Origin: Octopus sinensis
Lineage: Eukaryota
NCBI RefSeq assembly: GCF_006345805.1
Contig: NC_043013.1
Location: forward strand, 21,080,001 to 21,144,000
Length of the DNA stretch: 64,000 nt
Direction: 5' to 3'
The notes beneath the pieces were generated by a model, which was not told where the DNA came from, ran no database searches, and saw only the letters and a list, made by a program, of their open reading frames with translations. The position numbers were made by a program, and so were the translations under genes. This document shows, in pieces, positions 12,948 to 26,434 of the stretch (the stretch's first letter is position 1; each line of letters begins with the position of its first letter).

Positions 12948-13895
12948 GGTATCAAAGCTCAAAACGCATTCTAAACGCTCTGAAATACTCAGAAAACTTG
13001 AATTTATCCAGCAAGTTCAACATACCATTGATTACAAACCCAGAAAGTCCATGAGGTAAATTGCAAAAGATCTCCATGTGTCAGAAGGAACAGTCAGAAA
13101 TGTTGTCCATGAAGACATCAGATATAAGTCTTATATGATGAGAAAAGGTCAATTTGTCAGAAAAAGCAAAACAAAATCATTACATCAGATCTTAAAGGTT
13201 CTTAAACAAACTGATTTGGGGTTTTCTCAAACGAGAAAAACTTCGACCAACATCAACAAGTCAATAGAAGAAATGACAGATGGTTATGTGCAGACCCTTA
13301 TGAAGTTCCAAGTGTTATCCATATAAAATTTCCTGTAACTGTCATGGTTTTATGGATTGTCAGGACATGTGAAGGACGTGATGCCTACTTACTTCTTTCC
13401 ACAAGGCCTTAGAGTTAACTCTGCCGCCAACATTGAGGTCCTGGAAACAATTGTGAAGCCCTGGATAGACACTGTATGCAATGGAAGGCCATATGTGTTT
13501 CAGTAAGACTGCACTATCACATATGGCTCTTGTAACACAGGAATGGATGGCTGAAAATGTTCATGATCACATAACCCCTAACATTTGGCCTCCTAATTCC
13601 CCAGATCTCAATCCATTTCATTAATACATGTGGAGCATTGTTGAGAGAGAGGTCAATGAACATACCCACAAAAACCAAAGATTCCTTGAAAGCTGCCATA
13701 GTCTGAGTAATGTCCAAAATGGACCAGAATATTTGATTCGAATATGTAGATGATTTAGATCTCTTATAGAAGCAGTTGTTAAAGAAGATTTGTTTTTATC
13801 CTCATAGCATTTTTTTAATAAATTTAGCTATCTGTTATTATATATCTGTTTTTTTTTTATTAGCAGAAATTTGTCCACAAATATCTTTCTCACCC

Positions 13896-13897
<2 letters not shown>
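12948..13897 (+). mobile_element. Tc1/mariner-superfamily (maT/DD37D-like) transposase relic
   Basis: Broken frames give VSEGTVRNVVHEDIRYKSYMMRKGQF, FFPQGLRVNSAA, VLETIVKPWID, WPPNSPDLNP; ends caccctg|TA. Confidence 0.85.
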
Positions 13898-13934
<37 letters not shown>

Positions 13935-13935
<1 letters not shown>

Positions 13936-14092
13936 CGATGGGCTTCTTTCAGTATCCGGCTAGCAAATCCACTGACAAGGCTTTGGTCGGCCCGAGGTTA
14001 TAGTACAAGACACTTGCCCAAAGTGCCACGCAGTGGGGCGGAAACCGAAACCATGTGGTTGGTAAGCAAGCTACTTACCACACAGCCACTCA
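13935..14092 (-). mobile_element. SINE family A, 5' half
   Basis: Reverse complement of gtggctgtgtggtaagtagcttgcttaccaaccacatggt... Confidence 0.85.
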
Positions 14093-14777
14093 TACGCCTA
14101 ATTTGTAAGATATGGATAATATACATGTAGGTATATATATATGTGTGTGTGTGTGTGTTATGAATATGTGCTCATACACACAAGTTACTTCGGTGGTCCG
14201 TATTAGACTTCAAACGGTATCAAAAGTGGAACGTTTTTCCAAGACAGGCCTCCATGCTAGCTGATTGATCGTATTAACGTGTAACAACGTGAGCCAATCG
14301 AATGTGTGTTTTGTTTGCGTGTTTATAATTCCATACGAACTCGTATAAACCAAAGTTAATATTAATATTCTATGAATGCCGTGTATTATTATTCTTTAAA
14401 GACATGCAACGATTTACTGATAAGATTAGTCTATTCTACCACATTTCAACTTACAAAGTTTTGGGGTAGCAATGTAAATGTTCGTTTAATATACTGTAGT
14501 TGTGTATTTAATCTTAGGAAATTGGTCACGATGACAAAGATTGTATATCGTAAGAAATACTTTAACTTTACACATCCAATTACAATTTCTCAAGTAACTT
14601 TGGATTTCTACCCAACAGGGGACTTTACATTTCTTTTACTTTAAAATCATTTCAGTTACCTTATAGCTATTTACAATTTTAATTTGTTAGTATAGATAAT
14701 ATACATGTAAGTAATATATAACCAAACGAGATTTACCCGAGTGAACGTTCAAACGAAAGGAAGTGGTACTCAAAGCA

Positions 14778-14943
14778 TATCTGATAGCAGTTTCGCTTCG
14801 TAGACGCGTTGAACGAACCTATCTTGTCTGGCTTATAGAGAAGAGATGTAAGCTCGTAGAATGAACCTAAGCTCGTAGAATGAATTGTAAGCTCGTAGAA
14901 TGAACCTAAATTGAATGGTGCTGAGTCAAACTGTTATCAAATA
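14778..14943. mobile_element. MITE-like element with internal 19-20 bp tandem repeat
   Basis: Imperfect 17-bp TIRs tatctgatagcagtttc / caaactgttatcaaata; three internal copies of aagctcgtagaatgaa. Confidence 0.6.
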
Positions 14944-15184
14944 GTGTGTGTGCGTGTGTGTATGTGTGTGTGTGCATGTGTGTGTGTGTGTTTGTATGTG
15001 TGTGTGTGTTTGTGTGTGAGTATAAAATCACTGGTTATATTCTGGACATTTAAGGTTGTTTTGGTCAGGGAAAATAAATCTAGCTAAAATTTTATAGAAT
15101 TATTTCCTGAGCTCAGGAAAGAGTTTCATCCTCTTCAGGTGAGTATGAAAGATGAAAACTGGACAGTTGACAACTCTTTGCAAA

Positions 15185-15545
15185 TCGGAGGTGTATCTGT
15201 GTCGTAAAATGTTTGCTTCCCTACCACGTTGTCCCGGATTCAGTCCCACTGCGTGGTCCCTTGCGCTAGTAACTGCTACTATAGCCTCTGACCGACCAAA
15301 GCCTTAAGAGTGTATTTGGTAAACGGAAACTGAAAGACGTTCATCGTGTATATGTGTGTGCGTCTATAGTTATCACCCATCACTGCTTGGCACAGTGTGT
15401 TGGTGTCCTTACGTCTCTGCAATCTAACGGTTCGACAAACTACTGCGTTAAAGTAGCCGGCTTTAAAAACAGTACTGGGTTTTATCCCGTTGATTAAAAT
15501 TCAAGGCAGTGCCCCCAGCATAGCTTCAGTCTAATGACTGTAAAA
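15185..15545 (+). mobile_element. SINE family A, degraded
   Basis: cagtcccactgcgtgg, ccgaccaaagcc, aaacggaaactgaaag, cagtctaatgactg landmarks. Confidence 0.8.
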
Positions 15546-15859
15546 GAAGACAGTTGAAACCGCTTCACAAGCTAGTGATAGTCCTGCTGTTTAACCTAAC
15601 TTCACCAATGACACCAAAGGAATATTTATTTAACATAATAAATATACTATTTCCTATACATCTTTATTGATGCCCCATGTAATACGGTTACTATAATCAA
15701 GATTAAATATGCGTGTGTTTAAATGCTTTTGTATGACTAATGTAGTACAATATTTGATATTAAACGTATGATGTTGATACAGTCATGTTGATTGTTATTT
15801 AGAAATTTTACAAGTTATTTAAAATAATTAAATTTCTCTGAACTACGTTATTTAAAATC

Positions 15860-15879
15860 TTGTTTTCTTTTATTTTCAG
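15860..15879 (+). promoter_or_regulatory. Putative splice acceptor of the exon holding the 85-aa ORF
   Basis: ttgttttcttttattttcag|a: long polypyrimidine tract ending in CAG. Confidence 0.5.
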
Positions 15880-16130
15880 AATAATTACAACAACGGTTCA
15901 AGGTTCGCCAAAAAATATGAACCAATAAACAAGGAATTTACTAGTAATATCAACATTCTCCTACACATATATAAGAAATCAACGGAATCCACCAACTTAC
16001 GTCAGATAAAACATAAAATGTAAACAAATAAGACGAAATCGACGACAACAATCAGTGAAATTCTAAAATTATTTGTCTTTTGCGAGTATATGGTGATTAA
16101 TGAGATATAAGAAACACTCACAGCATTTTT

Positions 16131-16250
16131 ATGAGAGTTTACCAGATTTTACGAGAGTTCACCAGTTTGCATAAAAGCTCACGGGATTTTACCAAACTTC
16201 ACGAAATTTTACAATATTTCACGAGATTTTGCAAGAGTTCACGAGAGTTT
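16131..16250 (+). repeat. 10-bp minisatellite (12 units, consensus ~acgagatttt/acgagagttc), open as a 45-codon uORF at 16131-16268
   Basis: Exact 10-bp periodicity; ATG at 16131, TAA ending at 16268. Confidence 0.85.
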
Positions 16251-16278
16251 CCTCAGTTAATTATCTAATATCAACACA

Positions 16279-16536
16279 ATGGGTGATATGGTCAGTAGCT
16301 GTTTAAAAACTGTCGGTCTTGAACCAGTTGAGGCGAAATCGGTGCAGTATAACCGGAAACGGAAGCAAAGTGTTCAAGTAACTGAATATATGAAAACGAA
16401 ACGCCACAACGAACTCGAGAAATACTACCGTGATAAGTATGCTCCTCGACGGCAGTCGTCGCCTTGTATCAACCAATTAACACTTGACATTCCTGTACCC
16501 ACAGAGCAGGTACGGAGGTCTTCGATGAACTTCTAA
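16279..16536 (+). CDS. Uncharacterised small protein (85 aa), putatively N-acylated and PKA-phosphorylated
   Basis: Non-repetitive ORF, visibly richer in GC/CpG than its flanks; strong Kozak context acaATGG; upstream acceptor; MGDMVSSC N-terminus; KRKQS, RRQSSP and RRSS motifs. No homologue recognised. Confidence 0.6.
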   Translation: MGDMVSSCLKTVGLEPVEAKSVQYNRKRKQSVQVTEYMKTKRHNELEKYYRDKYAPRRQSSPCINQLTLDIPVPTEQVRRSSMNF

Positions 16537-18096
16537 GAATAACAAAAAAAGTTATTTTGTATGTTCACCTCGGAACAAGTGACACAAAGTTTTGTGAGCA
16601 ATGTTAATTGATGAACAAGCTCCAGTCACTGTTTTCATTTGGAAACAAGTGTTAAATTTTGGTCGAAAATCTCTCGTCATTGAGCATATAATTTCACCTC
16701 GAGTTATGACCGTCAAGAAATAGCAAAAGTATATTCAAATATGCATATGTTCATATAATAACGCATACGTTTATATACATCCATACACATACAAATATAC
16801 ATACATCTACATATGTACATTATATATATATATATATATGATATATATATATAAATTGTCAAATATGTGTATTTAATACTGATGCACAATACAATCTTTC
16901 AAAGTAACACCCAAAAGAATCAACATTTACTATTATCATACACACCATATATATATATGTATATACAAAAGCATATCTCTTAATGTAGATTATATACATG
17001 TATGTGAGTGCATATATCAAATAGCATTTTACATTGTCATACGAAAGGCTTCCTATCTGTTTGTAATCCCAGTTCTTTCAATCGGTGAGGAATCAAAATT
17101 AATAAATATTAAGAAATTGGAAGAATCTGAAAATTTTCAGAAAGTAACAATCTTTCTAAAATCCTTTTATTGAATATATTGAAAAAGTTGAAAATGATTG
17201 TTATTGGCCTTCAGATTTCATTGTTATTTCGGTATTAATATTGCTGTTATATTTTATTGTTTTCGTTATATTGTTTTTGTGATAGTTAAGCAATTATTCT
17301 TTCAAAAAAAAAAAAAAAGAAACACTTATGGAGGGGAAAATAAAACGAAACCTAGACTTGGTTATAAAAATTCTATTGTTTATACTTAATATCATGATAT
17401 TTTTCATTGGGTCTTGCTTGAATTTATTTTCTGCATACAGAATGAAGACCAGAATACATTTCCTTTTAGTTTTCTTTTTCCTCTTACTTTTTCAAAACAA
17501 TATCGAACGAATTCCATGAAATATCTAATGTGCAAGGCTCAAGCTAAAGATGGGGAAGGGTGTGAGTTAAGATTCCTGAAAATAGATATTTTTTATTGTA
17601 GAAATATAACATAACCACTGAATTAGTAGACAAATTAGTAGAATGTTATACCTTTTAATTTACTAAATAAGAGAACTATTCAATCAAAAACCTTAAATTA
17701 TTTTTTAAATATGCGTATTAAATATGTCGATCATATAGTAAATGAAACTTGCATAGCTTTTTGAGAAATAAATACATACATACACACACACATACATACA
17801 TACATACTACATATATACATACTTTCTTTTTTTGCTGCTCAATTATACTGACACATGTAAGTAAATGGAGGAAACTGTGACCTACATTCCAATATTTTCA
17901 TTAAAATACCAATTTTAAAATATTTCATCTATGAAATATTTCACACGTAATTAACTACTGGCTGTTAAGGTGAAACATATTTTTATACATATAGAAAAAT
18001 ATCATACGGATCTATTTAAATATATAGAAGTGAAACATAGAGATATTAACATCAGACAAAATTCAGTAATGATGTATTTCTTGTTTCCATTATCAG

Positions 18097-18123
18097 AAAC
18101 GTCCCTCATACTGTTATGACTAA
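18097..18123 (+). CDS. Candidate alternative terminal coding exon (KRPSYCYD*)
   Basis: Acceptor tttcttgtttccattatcag|, phase 0 matching the donor CAG|GTACGG at 16509/16510; AATAAA at 18148-18153. Confidence 0.25.
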   Translation, partial: KRPSYCYD

Positions 18124-18693
18124 TTAGTTCCATAAAGAACCACCGTCAATAAAATGGAGTTATTTTTCACTAAATAAATTGAGGTGCTAAACTAGGACAT
18201 TTCAATGTGTGCGTGAGTGTAAAAGAGTGTGTGTGTGTGTATGAGTGTGATCTGATGTCAGTTGGGCTGTATGGGAGAGTTATGTGTGAGAGTTGTGTTT
18301 CTGTGTGTGTGTGTGTGCTTCTCTGTCTGTCTGTGTGTGTGAATGCTAATAGATGCAAGCTAATATGAAAGTACGCGTCTGAATAGGTTGTTTATTTCTA
18401 AACATTTAACTCATTTTTTTAGTAAGAAATGAAACCAAATGTTATTTTTACAGCTTAAGTCTACGATATAAATATCATAAATATATAAACACACACGCAC
18501 ACACGCACACACATTCGTACATACACATGTATATATAAATATATATATATATATACATACAGTTGTGTACATATATACTTTTATATACACGTGTATATGC
18601 ATATGCTTATCTATATATATGCATGTATAAATATATATGTACAAATATATAAATGCTTATACTGTAAAAATATATATCCACATACACGTGTAT

Positions 18694-18736
<43 letters not shown>

Positions 18737-19746
18737 TATATAATATATATATATACACGTAGTAAAATACTGGAACCTTACTATACAAAATTCTAGACTT
18801 ATTGCTCTAATATTTTACAAAGAAGATAATGTAACTTGCTATATATTGTTCTAATCAGTTTTCATTGCAATAGTAGGGAGGCCGAAATTTCATATTAGAA
18901 TTTGTTCCATATTTTTCCCAACATGTCAGTAGAACAATCATATATATACTATATATATATATATAGTAAGAATGTGTATGTGTATGCATCACTATTTTGT
19001 ATATAATAATTATGATTAGCATTCCAATAAATAAATAGATATTTTTCAGTATATTAACACTAAAACTTATTGACAATTTAATAAATATATTTGTTTACAA
19101 ACATCATTTTGATCGCTTCGAAATATCAATAGTATCATAGATCAAGTTAAATAAGCAATTTTTATGTTTATTTCTATTGTTAAAATATTCTACAAATTAA
19201 ATATCTTCTGTGTAAATGTATAAAAATAGTCTGGAATTAATACTACTTTATTAAATAATATTATATTTTGTTTATTTGATCATTATATATTTCAAATAAG
19301 CAAGGATCGCCATTAACTTTCCTGAAAATATGAAATATTTGATATATTTTATGGCGATTCACTGTGGTTCATATCTTCGTTTATTTGGTTCATTTGTGTG
19401 TGTCACACAATCTAAAATGGGTTGTAATTATTTGTGGTAGATTTACCTGGTTCATTTTCACATTTCTTTTATATATCTATGCTATCACGCATTATATCCA
19501 TTATCAATTATTCTAAACACGGTTTTACACAATTATAAATCATAGTGAATGCTGGGCTTTTTCGTTAAGTTAAAATAAATGATAGTAATAAAAATAAATA
19601 ATAAACAAATCCATGTAACAGAAGTTCCTTCCATGAGATAAAATTGTCCAGTTTATATTCACGTGTTATCACCTAAAAAAGAACACGTATAATACATTCA
19701 ATTCATTAAAATAAATTATATATACATATATATAATTCATAAAAAC

Positions 19747-19819
<73 letters not shown>

Positions 19820-20827
19820 TTAGTTGTATTTCCAAAATACTTCATCGATTTGAAAATTTGGGAATATTTTATACATATTTCCATACTTTTAATACAAAAA
19901 GCAACAAAGGAACTGCATTTCTGAGGCCATATGGAACTATTTTAAATGAATTCTTCATAGCAGCTACTGTTCATATTGCTACATTTGTAGACAAGATATT
20001 ATTCCATACCTATTTATTCCATTTAGAAACTATAAATGAAAACATAAAAATCTTCCAGTTAGGCAATATTAGTTAGTTTAAATAAAATCAATTCTATATT
20101 CAACAAAAAAACTTTATTTTTACAAAAGCGAAATAATATTTTATGATTATTCGTCGGTTATTCAGAATTCTAAAACGATCTACAAAATATTTTAACAGAT
20201 AATCATATAAGTCATTATTGAAAATGACAATCTATATTTTATTTTTATCGAAAACTTAAAAATCATGAAGTAAAGAATTTAGAGAAAGTTTGAAATTTCG
20301 CCCATATTTTTAATCAGCTGAATATATACATACATACACTCTTATGTATATGTATGAATGTCTATAAGTGTGTAATATTGTATGTATGCATGTCTGTATT
20401 TCCGTTAGAGATCGTTGTCACTATCAACTATTGTTGTAAATTATTGTATGATATATCTTAAGTATGTCTGTGTATGAATGTGTGTATAAATGCCAACGTA
20501 TTTGTGGTGCTTTCTATTTACTCTGTGTATTCCGTTTATTATGTTTCTTTCCAGCCAAACAACAATACGGTGAAGTTGTCTTCCGATATCTTCATACAAT
20601 GTACATTCATACTTTACTCAAAATTAATAGTATCTAAAAAAAATAGTAAAATATGTTAATATACATCAGATATTTTAAGATCTGTCCTTGTTATTGTAAT
20701 TACTATCACGTATTCTCCGCGTGTTATTTGTGAACAAAGTAAAATAAAAGGAAAAAATAATGATATACATGTACAAATATGTATATATAGATATACATAC
20801 ACACACATATATATACATATATATATG

Positions 20828-20865
<38 letters not shown>

Positions 20866-21078
20866 GTTTTATGTTGCAAACAAAATAAAGAAAACTTAAT
20901 ACATGTTGTGGAGTTTATATTTATTGGGGACAAGAACATAATCATTCTCTTTGAGGATACGCATAGTTTTTTCAGGCAATAACAGGGCAAATGTTTGCAA
21001 TTACTCCACGTTCACCTCCATACTATTTGCATATCACACTTAACGAGAAATACCGTGTACCAACTTTCTCATCATTTG

Positions 21079-21129
<51 letters not shown>

Positions 21130-21460
21130 CTCACATATATAAATTAACAAATTAAGAAGATAATTCAAATGGATGTGTGAAACATTCAGTTCACTAGTAC
21201 GTCAGTTTAATACAAAATAAATATGGGTATAATGCAATTTAGAACGATAAATTTAAATAGAGACACAATTGACAATCTAACAATATATTTATATTATAAT
21301 ATAACATAATATACTATGAACCTAATATAACATAATGTGAGCATAAACAATTATGATATCAAAAGGCCAACAATTTTTTGACATATATATATATATACAT
21401 TTTTTTATATATAAACAATTCCCTTATATATAAGCTTCGTTAGAGCCAGAGTTTAAAATA

Positions 21461-21531
21461 GACGAAATTCCATGTGAAAGGACGGCTGGATTTGTTTACA
21501 ATCCAGCCGTCCTTTCACATGGAATTTTGTC
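21461..21531. other. 71-nt hairpin (32-bp stem, 7-nt loop)
   Basis: gacgaaattccatgtgaaaggacggctggatt-tgtttac-aatccagccgtcctttcacatggaattttgtc; the single non-Watson-Crick pair is G-U on the + strand. Confidence 0.9.
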
Positions 21532-21778
21532 GAAACAATTTAAGTCGAAACAAATTGTTGACCTCTTCATGTTTTAATAATTCTTTATGCTATCTCATAT
21601 TATGTTATATTATAGTAGAGATATAAATTATTGGATTGTCAATTGTATCTCTCTATTTAATTTCATCGTTATATATATATATATATATATGTATGTATAT
21701 GTATATATATATATATGTGGTGTGTGTGTGTGTGTGTGGTGTGTGTGCGTGCATGTATATACATACATATATATGTAT

Positions 21779-21846
<68 letters not shown>

Positions 21847-21914
21847 CATATATGATTTTGATTTTGATTTCTCCAGTTTCAGCTAATGAGCTGTGGCCAT
21901 GCTGGGGCACCGCC

Positions 21915-21956
<42 letters not shown>

Positions 21957-21962
21957 ATTTAT

Positions 21963-21997
<35 letters not shown>

Positions 21998-22063
21998 GCA
22001 TATTTATATGTACATATCAAATGACGAGAAAGTGCTGTATATATATATATATAATATATATAC

Positions 22064-22433
<370 letters not shown>

Positions 22434-22476
22434 AATTAATAATAATAATAAATAATAATAATAATAATAATAATAA

Positions 22477-22734
22477 ACAGAAACAATTCCTATCATAGTA
22501 GGTGCATTAGGCATGATAAAAAAATATTCAGACAAATACATAACAAAAACACCAGGACTTACAAACACATATAACATACAGAAAATTGCACTACTAGGCA
22601 CTGCACACATCCTACGCAGAACACTTTCCATACAATAACCATCAGAGCATCACAACAAATCACAGCACATACCCAAGGCACACAGATGCGCTCGGTAGTA
22701 AAGTGAAAGCACGCTATAAAAATAAAACTACTGA
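22477..22734 (+). mobile_element. R4/Dong-clade LINE 3' end (tandem copy)
   Basis: Near-identical to 22175-22433 with the same 5' breakpoint. Confidence 0.8.
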
Positions 22735-22735
22735 A

Positions 22736-22769
<34 letters not shown>

Positions 22770-25749
22770 GCACTTTGTTGTACTTACACGTATACTTACA
22801 TGTTCCAATCTGTGTTCGTGTGTGTGTGTATGTGTTAATAATAATGCAAAATCCCTGGAAATATAGCCGATACTAACTACCAAAACAGACTGTTATTGGA
22901 AGCCGGGATCGGATATAGATCTCAGTAAGCGTCATTCACATTAAACATTCATCTGGTCCTACATTCAGTATTGAACCCTATATTCTACTCTGTATGATCG
23001 ATTATTTTGTTTATATTTAAATCCCACCCTCCACTCACACAAATACACAATGTTCCAATTAAGTAATTATGGAAAACGACATTGTTTCATTATTCCTATT
23101 TTAAGTGGTATATTTACATGCTGTATTGTAAATATTGTTCTAATTACATATTTATCAGACCTTTGTCAGAGAATTCTGACAAATTTCCAGTCAGAGAATT
23201 ACGACCGTCTATTCGCAATCTTCTCTCCATATTCATCAAATATCTCTTTCTTACTGACCTCGTCCCTACTACATTTCAAGTAATGTACAGCGAAATTTAT
23301 AGGTTCACCCATATACATATATATATACATGGTGTGTGTATGTGTGTGAGTCTGTGTGTTCTGTGTGCTTGTCTGTGTGTGTTGAAAGAGAGAAGGATAT
23401 ATATTTGTGTGAGAGCATAATATCAACAATTTCTCTTCATAAGCCACAATATCGCTATGTCTTAAAGCCAGTTCTTAGATGTGATTCAATTTATAGATGT
23501 AATTAGCAATTTCAAGATACTATTAATTACGTTGATGAATCACAAATTGTCTGAGCAATGCTGCGTATGGTTTGATAGTCCACCATTATAGCCACAAATG
23601 ATATTGACGAGACAATCTGTCTGTTCTGTGAGTAGAATATTGGGTAGTTAGCTTCGATAAAAGGGAACCATTTATAGTGGAGTTTATCGATACATTATGA
23701 ATGTAACCATTTATCTCTATCATATTCAATATTGCAGTCGTGTTTCAAAGAAATTCTATGCCCGTTGGATCCTACTTGGCAGCTAATATGATTTTTCGGT
23801 CATTCACCCTTGCACAGCTGCTAATTAGTGAAATCTGTTGAAGCCTATTTTAATACAGGTGGGGTGGGGGTAGGTTGGCTTTTTGCGTTTGAGTGACAGC
23901 TAAGAGTATTTAAGCTGCATTTAAAAGTGATGTTCTAAGTTCAAATCCTAACGAGGTCAACTTTGCTTTTCATCTTTCTACAATCGCAAAAATATATTAC
24001 CAGTCAAACATTTGAATCGATATGATCGATTACACGCTTCTCCGAAGCTGAAACTCTGAGATTATTAATATATTAGATGCTTTATTAATCGTTGAAAATA
24101 TTTCTAAGACGTTAAATATTTAATTCAGCTACGCAATGGCAAAACTTGTTTAATTTGAAGATAAATTCTTACTGATTGAATATCGAATGTTTGGTTCGTC
24201 AAACTTCACTGGATGTTATCAATAGATCGATACAAATCAGCTTCTGTAGAACTTGTCTTTAGCGCATACTTTGGGAAGACTGAAATAAGTGTCATTTGAT
24301 GAAAAAATGTTCAGAAATGACAAGAAATGACGAGGCTTAGAGAAAATTATGGCATTTTAAAAACTAACCTCAATACATTACTGCTACGTTATTTTATCGA
24401 CTCCAAAAACACGAAAGGTGACGTTGTTCGCGGCGAGATTTGAACTCAGAATATTGGGTATCATGCCTTTGGGTATTTAGTTTCCGTTCTAATAGTTCTA
24501 ATTATATCGCCGATCCATATTTATATTCTTCGAATGATTTTCTGCCGTGACAAATATTTCACAATTATAATCAAGCTTGTTTACGAAACTGACTTGTTTT
24601 CTAACTGAACGCTGTTTTGCTGTCTGACAATAACATGGAAATTAAGTTGATTCACTGAGAATTTCTTAAAATTCTCTTTGGGAATTTTACTGAAATTTTA
24701 ACAAATCTTTCATATACTGAAATATTTAATTGGAAGATAACCGAACAAAAGCAAAATGGAGCGTAATATTTTACCATGATTGCGTGTGATAGCTACATGG
24801 TTCTGGTGTATAAATACATGGTGATGTAGTAGAAATACATGGAAGTGAGATAAGATAAGGTAAGCTGGTTGTGTGGAATTATTCGAAGAAACCTAACAAA
24901 GAGATTCTCTGTAGGTACTTAGATTCGATATTTAGGTCATGACAGATCAATTGAGATGTTTATATGGTTCTGGGTTTGATTCACCCATGTGGTGCAAGGG
25001 AGAGTTGTCACTTGTCGCCTCGGCTTCACCAGAGGATTGTAAGTGAAATTTAGTAGACGGAAACTGTTCGGAAGCATACCATATACATATATAGACTAAC
25101 TGAACGGCTGCTTCACGCTAAAATGTTCTGTAAGTGTCAGGTCAATTAGTTTGTCTTCTCTTAGGTCATAAAATATATCGATTCTATTTTTCATATTGAG
25201 TCCTCATTTTTCTGTCTGTGACATCACACGTAGCAATATGCGAATGCGCGTGTATTATATAACAGAATGCAAATTATAAACGTGAGCCATTCGATATGCT
25301 GAGAACGATAAAACAAATTCTATACCGAAAGAAGTATTAAACCCCAAATGATCACCCTGAACTGTAGCATGGGCAGAATCTGATGACTGAAACCAACAGA
25401 GGAATAAAGCATTGATGAATAGACTAGGAGCATTGTAGCTCTACGAGAAATGAATTTGTCAATGAAGAGAGGTTTTATGAATATAAAATATTAATAATAA
25501 CTTCGTATTTCTGTAGTAAGTCATTGTTTTGGTACAAGTGGGCCCTAACACGTCATACCTTAGAAAAAGGGCGTTCCGGCCCTAACTATCACTCTTTTAC
25601 TTCAAATATAATGTATGCAGGACTGCATTTTGTTATACGTAGTTCCGTTTTTATAATCAGTATAGTGTGATATGAGCAAAAAAGGTAAGGTAGGAAAAAG
25701 CTGAAGAAGCCTAACATTACTTGTAGGAATCTTTGTCAATACGTGATTA

Positions 25750-25980
25750 GCTTTCCGTCCTTTATTGACGATATCGAATAGATTAGGAGTTGTACGGGAG
25801 AGGAGGAGACAAAGACAGAGAGGAGAAGAAAGTCGAAGAATAAGGAAGTGGAGAGTAATAGAGGGAAGAAAAAGATTTTATAATAAGGGATGGTGGGGGT
25901 CAGAAAAGTGGGAAGTTGGACAGCGATTAACATGAGGAGACAATCAGTGTGAAGGCTGGCAATTTGAAGGTAATCAGGAT
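25750..25980 (-). mobile_element. Degraded CR1/L2-type LINE 3' fragment
   Basis: Translation AVQLPTFLTPTIPYYKIFFFP resembles the ..VQLP..T..Y..SFFPRT C-terminal LINE motif. Confidence 0.4.
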
Positions 25981-26161
25981 AAGAGAAGTTAATTTTAATT
26001 TGGTTATTAATTCAAAAAAAAACCACTTAAAATTAGTGTTATCTAAATGTATGGGAGGAGGAAGTAAGAGCGGGCAAAAGGAAGACACATGCACACACAC
26101 ATACATACATGCATATATATATGTATATATGTATATGTATGTATATATAAATTATATATAT

Positions 26162-26226
<65 letters not shown>

Positions 26227-26434
26227 TATATATATATACATTATATAAAGATATATATATGTATGTATACATACGTATATATATGTGCAACTGTGGGCAC
26301 AGGAAGTCACGAAACATGTACAACAAAAATGTACGAAGCACGAGTTCATGGAACATGAACTATTCTTTCGAACAACGGAAGACACAAATGGAAAACAAAA
26401 CAAACAACATAAAGAAAGACCCTTCATCATATAT

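Noticed and set aside
17488-17576. Minus-strand segment with good acceptor and donor
   Set aside because: Stops in all three frames; it shows how easily splice-site pairs arise by chance here
23155-23279. Plus-strand exon-like segment whose peptide SDLCQRILTNFQS resembles SDLCQIILTILRS at 63316-63354
   Set aside because: A 9/13 match is expected by chance among all six-frame peptide pairs of 64 kb, and the similarity does not extend
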